DNA from: a virus
IMG/VR virus record: IMGVR_UViG_3300021594_000960
Span: 1 to 64,000 of that record
Direction: 5' to 3' (one strand)
Length of the DNA: 64,000 nt
The translations under genes and the position numbers were made by a program. The notes beneath the pieces were generated by a model. It did not search any database. It was not told the origin of the DNA and saw only the letters and a program-made list of their open reading frames with translations. Shown one piece after another: positions 10,254 through 20,136 of the stretch; the stretch's first letter is position 1, and each line of letters starts with the position of its first letter.

Positions 10254-10577
10254 TTACCATTTTGGTTCCTCTTGGAAAGGTTTCTCTTTCTTCACAGGTT
10301 CTGCTGGTTTTGCTACTGGTTTTTCTACAACACGTTCAATGACTTTTGTTGTACCACCTGCAGGTGCTGCCTGTTGTTGTTGAGAGTTGTTTATGACGAT
10401 TGTCGGTTGAGGTTGTGCTTGTACTGGTTCTGCGGCCTTTTCATCGTGACCACCAAACAATAGTGTACTTAACCATACACCACCTCCAGCTACTACGGTA
10501 CCCAAAGTACCTACGATTGTTTTTTTGAGACCTGACCATGTTCCGTCATTTGTCTCTTGAATTTGTTCTTCAGACAT
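10254..10577 (-). CDS. single-TM protein with Q/P/K-rich tail
   Basis: 107 aa. Confidence 0.6.
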   Translation of the reverse strand: MSEEQIQETNDGTWSGLKKTIVGTLGTVVAGGGVWLSTLLFGGHDEKAAEPVQAQPQPTIVINNSQQQQAAPAGGTTKVIERVVEKPVAKPAEPVKKEKPFQEEPKW

Positions 10578-10581
10578 TTTT

Positions 10582-12489
10582 TTAAATTTTTATAAATTGT
10601 TTAGTTGTTTTATTACGGGAATCAAAAACTACTAATTGGTATAATCCACCAGGGAGACCTCTAACATCGAGTCTTTTGATAATTTTCGAGTCGAAATCTT
10701 GTGGTTGAATTTTACCCAAATTAATAACTTCCTTACCGCCCATATCATAAATAGATGCATATAATACAGTTTGTTTTGGTAAACCAATTTCCATGTTGAT
10801 AATCCCTTCAGTCGGGTTAGGGAACAATTTGATTGTTATTTGTTCATTTGGTGATGGTGTAACAACCATCATGGCTCTGTAGGTCAAGACTGTAACGTCT
10901 GAGGCTAAACTAATATTGAAATGTTCTCCCATGGAATTTGATGCATCCATAAGTTTTCTTACATACACTGATGTGGAAATATCCTCGCTTGGATTAATGG
11001 CTGTGAATTTTAAATTAAACGGGGTCACCGCTCCAATCAGTGCCCCCGTTTTTTGATTGTTCATTCCTCCGAATCGAACAACACCTTTTTGGGGGTCGTG
11101 GTTTACATACTGTAACCACGGCCCACCCAAATTGGATTGTATTCCTTCGAATTTAACTTTATTGATATCATAGGACATCTCAAACTGTAAACCTGTATTT
11201 TGGAGACCATTTGTCTGTAATCTAAATGGAACATTGAGAGGTTGACCTACAACATATTGGTTTGGTATTTCTATGTTCATGTTACCGATAAAATTGTATG
11301 CTAAAACCTCACTACCTTGTCCATCAAATACAGGAGATGAGTGTGTTCTGTCGACATCCCCAAGTATAAAATACTTTAAGTCTAATGTTAGGTTTTCAGT
11401 ACCAACAGAATCCGTTACGATTATACCTCTGTTAGATTTGGATGCCCAAGTTGACCAAGTTGTGTTAGATAAAACTAAACTGTCGTATTCTTCTTTTTTG
11501 AATACGTTGATTAATTTAGTTAAATCGATTGGTTTTAAACCTGAAACTGATGCGTAGATACCATAAGGGTCACCACCATCTAATGTACCTGTAAGGTTAA
11601 TATCACCTATTAGATATGATAATGGGTGTTTTAAGTACTGACGACCATATCCTAAGTTAACATCAGTTGATGTAAACTCATTGAACGATTTTACCGCATC
11701 GGTTATTGTAACAGCTCTGTCTCTCAGAGATGCCAAACTATCTTGAGGGAATTTTAACTCGATTTTGTATCTTGTATTTTCCTCAATGTTAGTTAGTGTA
11801 TAAAGACCTGTTGATGCGTTTGGTACAGTTGATGAAACTAACTGATTTGTATTAAAGTCGTAACAATTAATCGTTGGTAATAAACCACTAGAAGTTACTG
11901 AGTTAGGTAAGAAAACTTTACCTGAAATGGTAAGGTTCCCTAATAACTTCACTGCCATTTTTTTATACGACAGATTAGCAACGTTATCGCCAATTGACGT
12001 ACCATCTTGTTTTATCATCCTTACCCAGTTAACGGTAATGGAATCTGAATCGTAGTTTGGACCTACGTTGTTAATTTTGTACTTGTTGTGAATAACATAA
12101 CCATTGGAACTAACAGCAGCACCGTTAGATAGAATCAAATAGTTTCTACCAATTGTCCAGTCTGTGTTTGATACGTAGTTATAATTCCCATTGGAGTAAG
12201 AATCATATTTGTAGTCGTTCCAAGTTTTGTAATCTACAACAGGTGTGTTGCCGTTCACTGCAACATCTACCGTGGTTGAAAGATGGGTAAATAGGGTTTT
12301 CTTAAATTGCCAGTCGACTTGGAAACCGCGGATGTCTACACCTGGTGCTGGTTTGTAATACCACGCAACATCTAACGTATCCCCCCTTCTGACTGTTGCA
12401 AGTTGTTGAAAGTGACCTATTTCTGGGGTTTGTGCAAAACTACTAATACCACATATTAGTAGAAGCAACCCCAAAAGGGTTTTTTTCAT
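10582..12489 (-). CDS. T9SS-sorted surface protein with cohesin-like and dockerin-like modules
   Basis: signal peptide; GDINLTGTLDGGD; GLQFEMSYD cohesin-like strand; C-terminal LFPNPT...IYDMGGK...LPGGLYQL...KQFIKI is a type A T9SS sorting domain. Confidence 0.75.
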   Translation of the reverse strand: MKKTLLGLLLLICGISSFAQTPEIGHFQQLATVRRGDTLDVAWYYKPAPGVDIRGFQVDWQFKKTLFTHLSTTVDVAVNGNTPVVDYKTWNDYKYDSYSNGNYNYVSNTDWTIGRNYLILSNGAAVSSNGYVIHNKYKINNVGPNYDSDSITVNWVRMIKQDGTSIGDNVANLSYKKMAVKLLGNLTISGKVFLPNSVTSSGLLPTINCYDFNTNQLVSSTVPNASTGLYTLTNIEENTRYKIELKFPQDSLASLRDRAVTITDAVKSFNEFTSTDVNLGYGRQYLKHPLSYLIGDINLTGTLDGGDPYGIYASVSGLKPIDLTKLINVFKKEEYDSLVLSNTTWSTWASKSNRGIIVTDSVGTENLTLDLKYFILGDVDRTHSSPVFDGQGSEVLAYNFIGNMNIEIPNQYVVGQPLNVPFRLQTNGLQNTGLQFEMSYDINKVKFEGIQSNLGGPWLQYVNHDPQKGVVRFGGMNNQKTGALIGAVTPFNLKFTAINPSEDISTSVYVRKLMDASNSMGEHFNISLASDVTVLTYRAMMVVTPSPNEQITIKLFPNPTEGIINMEIGLPKQTVLYASIYDMGGKEVINLGKIQPQDFDSKIIKRLDVRGLPGGLYQLVVFDSRNKTTKQFIKI

Positions 12490-12490
12490 T

Positions 12491-12988
12491 TTACTTGAAA
12501 AGGTTTTGGATTAATGCCTCTGAGGACTTTTTTATTACATTCGAAACGGATTGTTGATTGATTGTGCCTGCTTCAGAAATAATAATTGTGGACATGGAAA
12601 TCTCGGACGATTTCCCTGTGGATAGATATTCCTTGATTTTTTTACCAGATGGAGAATAAAGTGTTCCTCTCATTCTAAGGATTGTTTCGCTATTGTCTTT
12701 GTGAAAAACAGAAACACCCGTATTGGTTTGCAGGATGTCGAAATATATAAGTTCAACTTTTAGTGAGTAGTCGGAATTGTTAAGTGAATCTGCAAGTGTG
12801 TAATCCATTTCTTGTAGACTCTCTAATATTATGTTTTTTACCCCAAAAGTAAGATTTCGATTCTTAACCATTGGACCAATTTGAATCTTGTTCTCAATTG
12901 GATGAATATAAATCCTTTTTGGGTCTTGTTTTTCACTATATGAAACAAAACATAATAAGGTCAGTATGAATGATAGTAATATCTTCAT
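12491..12988 (-). CDS. secreted alpha/beta protein (CsgG/LptE-like fold possible)
   Basis: signal peptide; first gene of the minus-strand surface operon. Confidence 0.5.
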   Translation of the reverse strand: MKILLSFILTLLCFVSYSEKQDPKRIYIHPIENKIQIGPMVKNRNLTFGVKNIILESLQEMDYTLADSLNNSDYSLKVELIYFDILQTNTGVSVFHKDNSETILRMRGTLYSPSGKKIKEYLSTGKSSEISMSTIIISEAGTINQQSVSNVIKKSSEALIQNLFK

Positions 12989-13060
12989 TTATAAAGTATC
13001 TTGGTATCTATAAATACAGATTTTTACATTAAATTAGTATTTATTAATAAAGAATTTTGG

Positions 13061-13396
13061 ATGTCTATATTAAATGAAATAGGAAGAATACGTGCGGTTA
13101 TGGGTTTCCTAACAGAACAAGAGGAAATCGGAGGTCAAAAAATGAACGTAAACCTTAAAAGTTTTGTTGAAACTTTGCAGTTTCTAAAACTTCACAGTAA
13201 TAAGATTGATAAAATCTTAATGGACATATCTGATTATTCAAACAATCAGATTATAGACTTCGACATGATGAATAGAGGTCTAAGAAAGACTCTTCTGAAA
13301 AAAGGAGATAAGAAAAAAAATGTTGAAGGAACCATCAATTGTACCAAAGAAAGTTTTCAGAAAAGAACTTTACGAATTACAAGTAGAACTACTTAA
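13061..13396 (+). CDS. probable N-terminal part of a split PPK2 gene
   Basis: starts MSILNEIGRIRAVMGFLTEQ after TATTTAT; overlaps the PPK2 frame at an A8 run. Confidence 0.5.
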   Translation: MSILNEIGRIRAVMGFLTEQEEIGGQKMNVNLKSFVETLQFLKLHSNKIDKILMDISDYSNNQIIDFDMMNRGLRKTLLKKGDKKKNVEGTINCTKESFQKRTLRITSRTT

Positions 13397-14072
13397 ACTC
13401 CAAGAGTGGTTGAAAAAAACCAACAAAACAGTAATCATCGTTTTTGAGGGTAGAGATTCAGCAGGTAAAGGGTCAACAATCAAAAAATTCATCGAAAATT
13501 TGAATCCGAGGTATTACAATGTAATTGCCTTAGGGGTACCCACACCTGAAGATAGAAAAGATTGGTGGGGTAGATATCGTAAACAAATAAGACCTGGAAT
13601 GATTAACCTTTTTGATAGAAGTTGGTACAATAGAGGTCTTATTGAACCTGTGATGGGTTATGGCTCACCCGAAGAGTACGAAGACTTTATGGAAAACGTT
13701 GAGGATTTTGAAAGTGATTTGGTAAAAGAGGGTGACTATCTTTTTAAGTTGTGGTTTTCCATAGACAAAGACACACAAGCAAGAAGATTCAAAATGAGAC
13801 AACAATCCCCGTTAAAATATTGGAAATATTCACCAAACGATTCCAAAATGCAGGATTTATGGGACAGATTCACTGAGTTCAAAGAAAAATTATTCGATAA
13901 AACATCTACACTTAATCACCCATGGGTTATTATTGATGCTGAGGATAAAAGAGTATCAGGTTTAAATGCGATTAGATACGTACTTCAGAATATTCCTTAT
14001 GAAGGTAAAAATGAAGCCGTTCTTGATAAAGAATACCCTGAGGTATTAACAGTACTCAAACCAAATTTATAA
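13320..14072 (+). CDS. ppk2: polyphosphate kinase 2
   Basis: FEGRDSAGKG Walker A, LFDRSWYNR, LKYWKYSPND motifs. Confidence 0.93.
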   Translation: MLKEPSIVPKKVFRKELYELQVELLKLQEWLKKTNKTVIIVFEGRDSAGKGSTIKKFIENLNPRYYNVIALGVPTPEDRKDWWGRYRKQIRPGMINLFDRSWYNRGLIEPVMGYGSPEEYEDFMENVEDFESDLVKEGDYLFKLWFSIDKDTQARRFKMRQQSPLKYWKYSPNDSKMQDLWDRFTEFKEKLFDKTSTLNHPWVIIDAEDKRVSGLNAIRYVLQNIPYEGKNEAVLDKEYPEVLTVLKPNL

Positions 14073-14075
14073 TAT

Positions 14076-14693
14076 ATGAGAAATTTAAAACAAATTATTA
14101 AAGAGGCTTTAGAAAAACAATTAAATCAAACTTTGATTCTTATAGATAAAGTAGAGATTTCAGAGGCTTTAAAATATCATATAGATAACGAGTTATCATT
14201 GACTGATAATGTGTTTAGAGTGTACTCAAAGGGTTATTTTGGCTTGGTTAATGAAGTAAGAAATCTTTGGGAACAAGGTAAAATAAAATTGAATGAAGAG
14301 GATACTTTAATGGTTGAATCTGACTTAGGTAAAAGAGTTAAAATTGGAGAGGAAATTGTTTACTTAGACGCCCCATTTGAATTGGATGATGAAGAAGTTT
14401 TGGAAGAAGCAAAACACAGAGGTAAAAATGTTAAATTAGGTAAACCATTCAGAACACCTGGTGGACCAAAGAAGTTTGCAGTATATGTTAAATCAAAAGG
14501 GGGTGGTGTTAAAAAGGTTACTTTTGGTGACCCGAAATTGAAAGTTAGAAACAGAAATAAAGGGGCTGCAAAATCTTTCAGAGCAAGACACAGATGTGAC
14601 CAAAAGAAAGACAGAACAACTGCAGGATATTGGTCTTGTAATGTCGGAAGATATGCCAAGCAGTTGGGATTATCATCCTCAAACTCTTGGTAA
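14076..14693 (+). CDS. conserved phage protein with basic C-terminal domain
   Basis: KKFAVYVK...VTFGDP...SFRARHRCD...AGYWSC. Confidence 0.7.
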   Translation: MRNLKQIIKEALEKQLNQTLILIDKVEISEALKYHIDNELSLTDNVFRVYSKGYFGLVNEVRNLWEQGKIKLNEEDTLMVESDLGKRVKIGEEIVYLDAPFELDDEEVLEEAKHRGKNVKLGKPFRTPGGPKKFAVYVKSKGGGVKKVTFGDPKLKVRNRNKGAAKSFRARHRCDQKKDRTTAGYWSCNVGRYAKQLGLSSSNSW

Positions 14694-15010
14694 TGGAAAT
14701 CAAGAAGGGTATGGAATTCGATAGAATCAAAGAATTTCTCCAAGATTACTTAGATACAGTTGTTTTACCAGCGTCGAATAGTGAACGTAGTGAACCCCTT
14801 TCTATGAATGTAAAAAGTATTCTCAAGGGTAGCTATCAACCACCGATTATTCATGTTTTTATAGAAGTTGAACCGCATTGGACCCCGAGAATGTCTTTAA
14901 GTGGAATTGAAAGAGACATAAGTAATTTCTTTCAAATTTTTTCAATAAATTTTAGGGTAAAAATACATTGGAATAAATCACCCAATCTCAAAGGAGTTAT
15001 GGAACTATGA
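14687..15010 (+). CDS. hypothetical protein
   Basis: 107 aa ORF in operon. Confidence 0.6.
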   Translation: MVMEIKKGMEFDRIKEFLQDYLDTVVLPASNSERSEPLSMNVKSILKGSYQPPIIHVFIEVEPHWTPRMSLSGIERDISNFFQIFSINFRVKIHWNKSPNLKGVMEL

Positions 15011-15276
15011 ACTACCCATTTCAACAAGAAATAATAGATAACAAACTTAGAAGAGTTTTTACTCCTGACGTTGAGTCCGAGGAGTTAAAATGGCATCAAG
15101 ACTTGAAGGACAGAAAAGTAACTGTAATTGAAGGAGGTGGTTGGGAATTTCAAATGGAAGATTCATTGCCAAGCAAATTAGAAGATGCGAGACAACTTTA
15201 TATTCCGAAATTTGTTTGGCATAGAGTTATAAAAGGAAAAGGGACATTAGTTGTCGAAATTGAAGAGTTAACATGA
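15007..15276 (+). CDS. small cupin-like phage protein
   Basis: WHQD...IPKFVWHRVIKG. Confidence 0.6.
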   Translation: MNYPFQQEIIDNKLRRVFTPDVESEELKWHQDLKDRKVTVIEGGGWEFQMEDSLPSKLEDARQLYIPKFVWHRVIKGKGTLVVEIEELT

Positions 15277-15845
15277 TTTTAAATTCTGATTTTATACCAC
15301 ATGAAAATTTTCACAAAGGTTTCTGGTTGAAAACAGAAAAGTGCCCGTGGTTTTTCTTTTATGAATCACCGAGAGATTTTAAGTTACCAAACAACAAAAA
15401 TTTCTACAATACTTTAGATGAAGATTTGAAAGATATTGTTATTAGCCTTCATTCAAAAAAAATCCCAACGACCCCATCTTGCTCAGGTCATATCAAAAAT
15501 GACGACCATTATGAAAAGATATTCAAAACGTTAGCCCACACAAAAAATAAAATTAGAAAGGATGGAATCGAGTTAATTAATCCTGAGACAGATAGAAGAT
15601 TCTTTTATAAAAATCAGAATTATAAACTCCCCTACACAAAAGATGACTTTTTAAAAAAGCTTAGAAAATACCAAACAAAAGGTGTTTTGGGTATGGTGGA
15701 CGAAGGAAATATTTACGAAAAACTCAAAGGTAAAGTACCTGTTAAAAAAAACGACGGTGTAACATTAATATTAACTGAAGGAAAAACCCCAAAGGAAATA
15801 ACAAGAAAGTGGAAGGAAATTGAGAAAATTTTGAAAGACGTTTAA
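15273..15845 (+). CDS. hypothetical protein
   Basis: 190 aa; TTPSCSGH motif. Confidence 0.6.
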   Translation: MILNSDFIPHENFHKGFWLKTEKCPWFFFYESPRDFKLPNNKNFYNTLDEDLKDIVISLHSKKIPTTPSCSGHIKNDDHYEKIFKTLAHTKNKIRKDGIELINPETDRRFFYKNQNYKLPYTKDDFLKKLRKYQTKGVLGMVDEGNIYEKLKGKVPVKKNDGVTLILTEGKTPKEITRKWKEIEKILKDV

Positions 15846-16609
15846 ATTAAATCTTTCAAATCAAATTTCTCAACAAATTTAGGGAAGGCTTCTTTATAAG
15901 ATTTCTGTGTCTCGTCAGAAATTTTGTTTGTGAACTGCCAATTCCAATAGAAGTTATCATTCGGTCTAAATCCATAATATGTATGTACTCTTTTCTGAGT
16001 ATCTACGACATCGATACCTTTCCAGTTTTGTCCTACACATATAAATCCACTTTGAATGTCTTTGATAATATTAGACTCACCCAAAGTTGTGTGTCTATTT
16101 TCTAACCATGTAAGTCTTTCAATCAATTTCTGATAAAACATGTTTGCTTGACCCCATCTCACAGATGAGAAAAATATAACAGCATCAGATTCCAAAAGTT
16201 CCTTTGATATTTTCCAAAGTTCGTCGTCTTTGTTGTTTAGACTAGCCCAACATCTGTGTTCCCCTGATGGGTTTTTTGTTTTGTCCTTTAGCATGGCTTT
16301 TTTAAGTCCACAAGAATTACCCTCGGCTCTTGATACATTTCCCTCACATGGATAAATCTTTAGTTCTGGCACATCAATCAAAACAGACTTGTCTCCAAGG
16401 TACTCGTCAATGACCATCGCCAAAATTGTAGACTTTGGGATGTCCATTTTACCCAAATCCCAATTGTATCTGTTCGAACAAGGTAAAAGTAGAACTTTGT
16501 CTAACTTTTCAAGTTCTTCGATAGTTTTCTTCAGTGCTTTCAAATTACCTGAAGAACCATTTTTCTCAGATACATTGTATTTGTCTAATATTTCGTTGAG
16601 TGTCCTCAT
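15842..16609 (-). CDS. NAD(P)H-dependent FMN reductase / flavodoxin-like protein
   Basis: IYPCEG, ELLESDAVIFFSSVRWG, KLIERL pattern. Confidence 0.7.
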   Translation of the reverse strand: MRTLNEILDKYNVSEKNGSSGNLKALKKTIEELEKLDKVLLLPCSNRYNWDLGKMDIPKSTILAMVIDEYLGDKSVLIDVPELKIYPCEGNVSRAEGNSCGLKKAMLKDKTKNPSGEHRCWASLNNKDDELWKISKELLESDAVIFFSSVRWGQANMFYQKLIERLTWLENRHTTLGESNIIKDIQSGFICVGQNWKGIDVVDTQKRVHTYYGFRPNDNFYWNWQFTNKISDETQKSYKEAFPKFVEKFDLKDLI

Positions 16610-16667
16610 ATTATGATAAATACCTAACTATTGTAATTAAAAACCCACCAAATAGGTGGGTTCAATA

Positions 16668-17669
16668 TTATCCTCTAATAGGGATTACAGGGATTTCAGG
16701 TTGCTCGAATATAGGTACGGCAGTCATGGTCCTATATCTTTGTGCGGCATCTCTTAAAGTTTGATTGGGTTCTTCCATTGGTTCTAAAACATCGCCACCC
16801 GCTAATTCTGCTAATTGTGGAAGTTCTGCAACTAATATCTCTTTTTTCTCATATGCGTCTATACATTCTTTATGTACCAAATCCTGAATTTCATCTGAAG
16901 AAAGGTTTTTGTTTGTGAATTCAGATGAAAATATTTTTCTTATGTTTTGGAACATATAGTCATCAATTTCCAAATCCAAATAATCTACACGATTATCCGC
17001 TGCATTCCAAAAACTCATTTCTCTATCGGGTAAACTTCTGTAACCAGCAAATTTATATCCTGTTTTTTTGTTGATGAAATAACAAAGAATCCCACCTCTC
17101 CAATATCTTTCGAAATAATTTTTTTCAGCCTGATACGTGGTACACCATCTTGTACCTGCTCCATATTTCACTGAAGCTTGGAATGTTAAAGGTCTAACTG
17201 CCACCCACACATCGTCCTCGTATTCTTTAATAACCTGACCCTCAAGTTCTTTGGTAAGTTCTTTCATCGATGCTAAAGTAATCGCACCTCTAATTTCATC
17301 GATGGTTGAATAAGAAGTAACATCATTATTTTCAATTTGATTCCTATCCATAAAATACATGAACTCTTTGATTGTAGAAAAAATTTCGCTAGGGAAATAT
17401 TCCATAATCATATTGTAAACGTACAACTCGTTATCAGTCAGATTTATAATAGAAATACCTCTGTTTATAAGACTAGATTCATATCTTAGTTTTACATCAC
17501 TGTAAACTTCCCCGACAGAGTTATTTTTCAAATTCAATCTTTTTGCGATTAGTTTACATAAAAGTGGGGTATATTTGTAAGTTTTCGATGTGTCCAAATT
17601 TACAATTATGTCTAATATAGACACATTCAATTCAGGATATTGTTTTTTCATTTCATCAATTCGAGACAT
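16668..17669 (-). CDS. hypothetical phage protein (YG..T.WCTT family)
   Basis: ASVKYGAGTRWCTT shared with 48135-49613. Confidence 0.7.
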   Translation of the reverse strand: MSRIDEMKKQYPELNVSILDIIVNLDTSKTYKYTPLLCKLIAKRLNLKNNSVGEVYSDVKLRYESSLINRGISIINLTDNELYVYNMIMEYFPSEIFSTIKEFMYFMDRNQIENNDVTSYSTIDEIRGAITLASMKELTKELEGQVIKEYEDDVWVAVRPLTFQASVKYGAGTRWCTTYQAEKNYFERYWRGGILCYFINKKTGYKFAGYRSLPDREMSFWNAADNRVDYLDLEIDDYMFQNIRKIFSSEFTNKNLSSDEIQDLVHKECIDAYEKKEILVAELPQLAELAGGDVLEPMEEPNQTLRDAAQRYRTMTAVPIFEQPEIPVIPIRG

Positions 17670-17746
17670 AACTTTTTTTTTTAAAACATAGTTTAAATTG
17701 AATTTTTAGTCAAATAAAAAAAGGTGGATTAGTTATCCACCTTTTG

Positions 17747-17821
17747 CGGAGGCTCAGGGATTCGAACCCCAGTTACAGTTTCCCGTAATTCAGTTTTCAA
17801 GACTGACGCATTCAACCGCTC
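17747..17821 (-). pseudogene. 5'-truncated tRNA-Ser(UGA)
   Basis: D-arm remnant, TCAGT-CTTGAAA-ACTGA anticodon arm, long variable arm, T-arm and AGCCTCC-G 3' strand present; matching 5' acceptor strand absent. Confidence 0.8.
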
Positions 17822-18157
17822 GTTACTTACAATAGTGATATAAACGGGGTAGGATTTTACCTCGGTGGATATCTACTCACATCTTTTCCTACTCCCTACA
17901 TTTACACCACACCAATGAGTAGATTTAACAGAATGGGATTATCCATAACTAATCATAGAATATCTTTGATGGCGGGTGGTTTCGTTGAATCTTTCAGAGA
18001 TAGTATCTCCGTTAAACCAGACATTTGGGTTAAAATTTACCCACTTAGAATTCTAACAAAAACTGAAAAAGGTTTAGATTTTACTTTTGGTGTAAATTAC
18101 ATGGAAGGATTTAGATACGGAGTTGGTTTATCAATCCCATTCAGAGGTATTTATTAA
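17822..18157 (+). pseudogene. 5'-truncated outer-membrane beta-strand-rich protein fragment
   Basis: frame open upstream of the Met at 17915 back to the tRNA junction; ends YGVGLSIPFRGIY. Confidence 0.45.
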
Positions 18158-18159
18158 TA

Positions 18160-18744
18160 ATGAAGAAACTAATATTAGAGGATAAATTGGATAATGTTGT
18201 AAGAACAATCGTTAGAGATATTATAACGATTGTTAAAAAGGAAAAAGACGGTGAGTACGGTCTTCCTGAAGATTTATACGAAGACCAAATGGAATATGAA
18301 TTTCCCCAATTGGGCAATTCTTTTTCAATTTTTTTAGAGATTTCCTCTGACGAATCAGTTGATGGATTCGATGTAGATGCAGAATACTACAATGATGATG
18401 ATGTAATTTATGTGGAAATTATAACTAACCCAAGTTATGGTCAAGAAATATTACAACCCTTGGTTGGTGAGTTAAATGAAGTAATTAGACACGAATTGGA
18501 ACACATAAAACAACATCAAAAAGGTTATAAGTTTCCGAGTCGAGAACCTAAAAGTCCTGAAAAATATTACACACAACACCATGAATTGGAGGCTCAAAGA
18601 GCTGGTTTCAAAAGGAGGTCAAAAGGTGAAAGGGTTGATTATGAAACATTGGTTAGAAGATGGTTCGACGAAAACATACATAAACACAGAATGAATAAAG
18701 ACCAAGCCGAAAGAGTAATTCAAAAAATACTCAGTGAAAAATGA
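18160..18744 (+). CDS. zincin-like HExxH protein
   Basis: VIRHELEH...ELEAQ. Confidence 0.6.
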   Translation: MKKLILEDKLDNVVRTIVRDIITIVKKEKDGEYGLPEDLYEDQMEYEFPQLGNSFSIFLEISSDESVDGFDVDAEYYNDDDVIYVEIITNPSYGQEILQPLVGELNEVIRHELEHIKQHQKGYKFPSREPKSPEKYYTQHHELEAQRAGFKRRSKGERVDYETLVRRWFDENIHKHRMNKDQAERVIQKILSEK

Positions 18745-19496
18745 ATGAATTACAAGGGATATTAAAATTTCTACAAAAGTATTTCAAGGACCCAATTGAA
18801 TTTGAGGGAATTATATTTCAATACTTTGATATTGAGATTGAAGAAGGGTTCGCCGATGCTTTCAGATTCAACGTAAACGTTATTCTTCCTAAAGAAAATC
18901 AATCTTACATAGCTCAAGTGTTGGATAGTTTAATTCAAGACCAAATTTACGAAGCCTACAAATTTATCGGAAAAACGTATTCGTATACTATCGTTATGGA
19001 TGTTAACGATAAAGAGCTATTCAACAATACTTTTACATTTATTAATAAAGAATCACTAAGTGAAATTATCAAAAAATGTAACGATGAATTCGGAAGGATT
19101 GGCATAACAGTTTTCGAGGGTGAAAAGACTTTGGATATGAGTTGTAGATTAAGTTGGGATAAAGTTCCTTATGATGGAATTCATGAAAACGTAAATTTTT
19201 ATATGAAAATGGAACTTTCCGACTTCGAATTAGATAAAACACCCGTAATACCAAATCCTGAAAAACTAAATGATGTGGCTGGAACTCTTTGGAGTCTTTT
19301 AGTTGATAGAGATTGGTTTCTTCCTAAAATGGAAGACTATATATATGAAGTAATTTCACCTGAAACAAAAATTGATAAAGTTGAGGACGTATATGCTCAA
19401 GTTTTTATCAGAGTGAATAGACTAAATGGGATTAGAGTTAAACAAGAAGAAAGATACGGCAAGATTCAACCCGATTTTTTTATAACAGCCTCTTAA
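18741..19496 (+). CDS. hypothetical protein
   Basis: 251 aa ORF. Confidence 0.7.
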   Translation: MNELQGILKFLQKYFKDPIEFEGIIFQYFDIEIEEGFADAFRFNVNVILPKENQSYIAQVLDSLIQDQIYEAYKFIGKTYSYTIVMDVNDKELFNNTFTFINKESLSEIIKKCNDEFGRIGITVFEGEKTLDMSCRLSWDKVPYDGIHENVNFYMKMELSDFELDKTPVIPNPEKLNDVAGTLWSLLVDRDWFLPKMEDYIYEVISPETKIDKVEDVYAQVFIRVNRLNGIRVKQEERYGKIQPDFFITAS

Positions 19497-20103
19497 TTAG
19501 TTTTTTGAACAAAGAAATTAAAATCTCTTTGGATAATAAAACAGCACCTGATGCTATTAGTCTCTCAGCTATCAAGACCGCGGACTCTGTGATATTCGTT
19601 GCCCCATATGCAATATCTTGAATATCTCCAATTATTGGAATCAAAAATGCGTATGAAACAATTTCCAAAACCTGACTTGTTATAACTTTGGTTGAATTTA
19701 AAAATTTTGTGAAAGAGTCTTTGAGTTGGTAGGCTTTCAATAAAGCAACATCAAATGCTTCTTCCAAACCATTTTCTTTGATTGTGTTCATGACTTTAAT
19801 AAACCCTCTCTTACCTTCAAAAAATATTAAAAAGGCGATACCCGACAACACAAGATATCTTTCACTTTCATTCAATTGAAAATCACCTGATTTCAAAAAT
19901 TCGTTCAAAGGCATCACCAATCCTGCAATTGAGGTACCCCAAGTTAAAAACATCTTAAGGTTGATGTCGTACGTTTTCAAAACTCTACCAACCATGTTAT
20001 TGGTAAACGACTTCATTTTTTTCAATGAACTAGAAAGATTATCATCATTTCTTTGTTCATTCAATATTAATTGAAACTGTGATTGACTTATGATAAATTC
20101 CAT
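19480..20103 (-). CDS. hypothetical membrane-associated protein
   Basis: 207 aa; N-terminal IISQSQFQLILNEQ. Confidence 0.7.
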   Translation of the reverse strand: MEFIISQSQFQLILNEQRNDDNLSSSLKKMKSFTNNMVGRVLKTYDINLKMFLTWGTSIAGLVMPLNEFLKSGDFQLNESERYLVLSGIAFLIFFEGKRGFIKVMNTIKENGLEEAFDVALLKAYQLKDSFTKFLNSTKVITSQVLEIVSYAFLIPIIGDIQDIAYGATNITESAVLIAERLIASGAVLLSKEILISLFKKLIKRLL

Positions 20104-20136
20104 ACGATTATAAATACTCCAGTTATATTTATTAGT

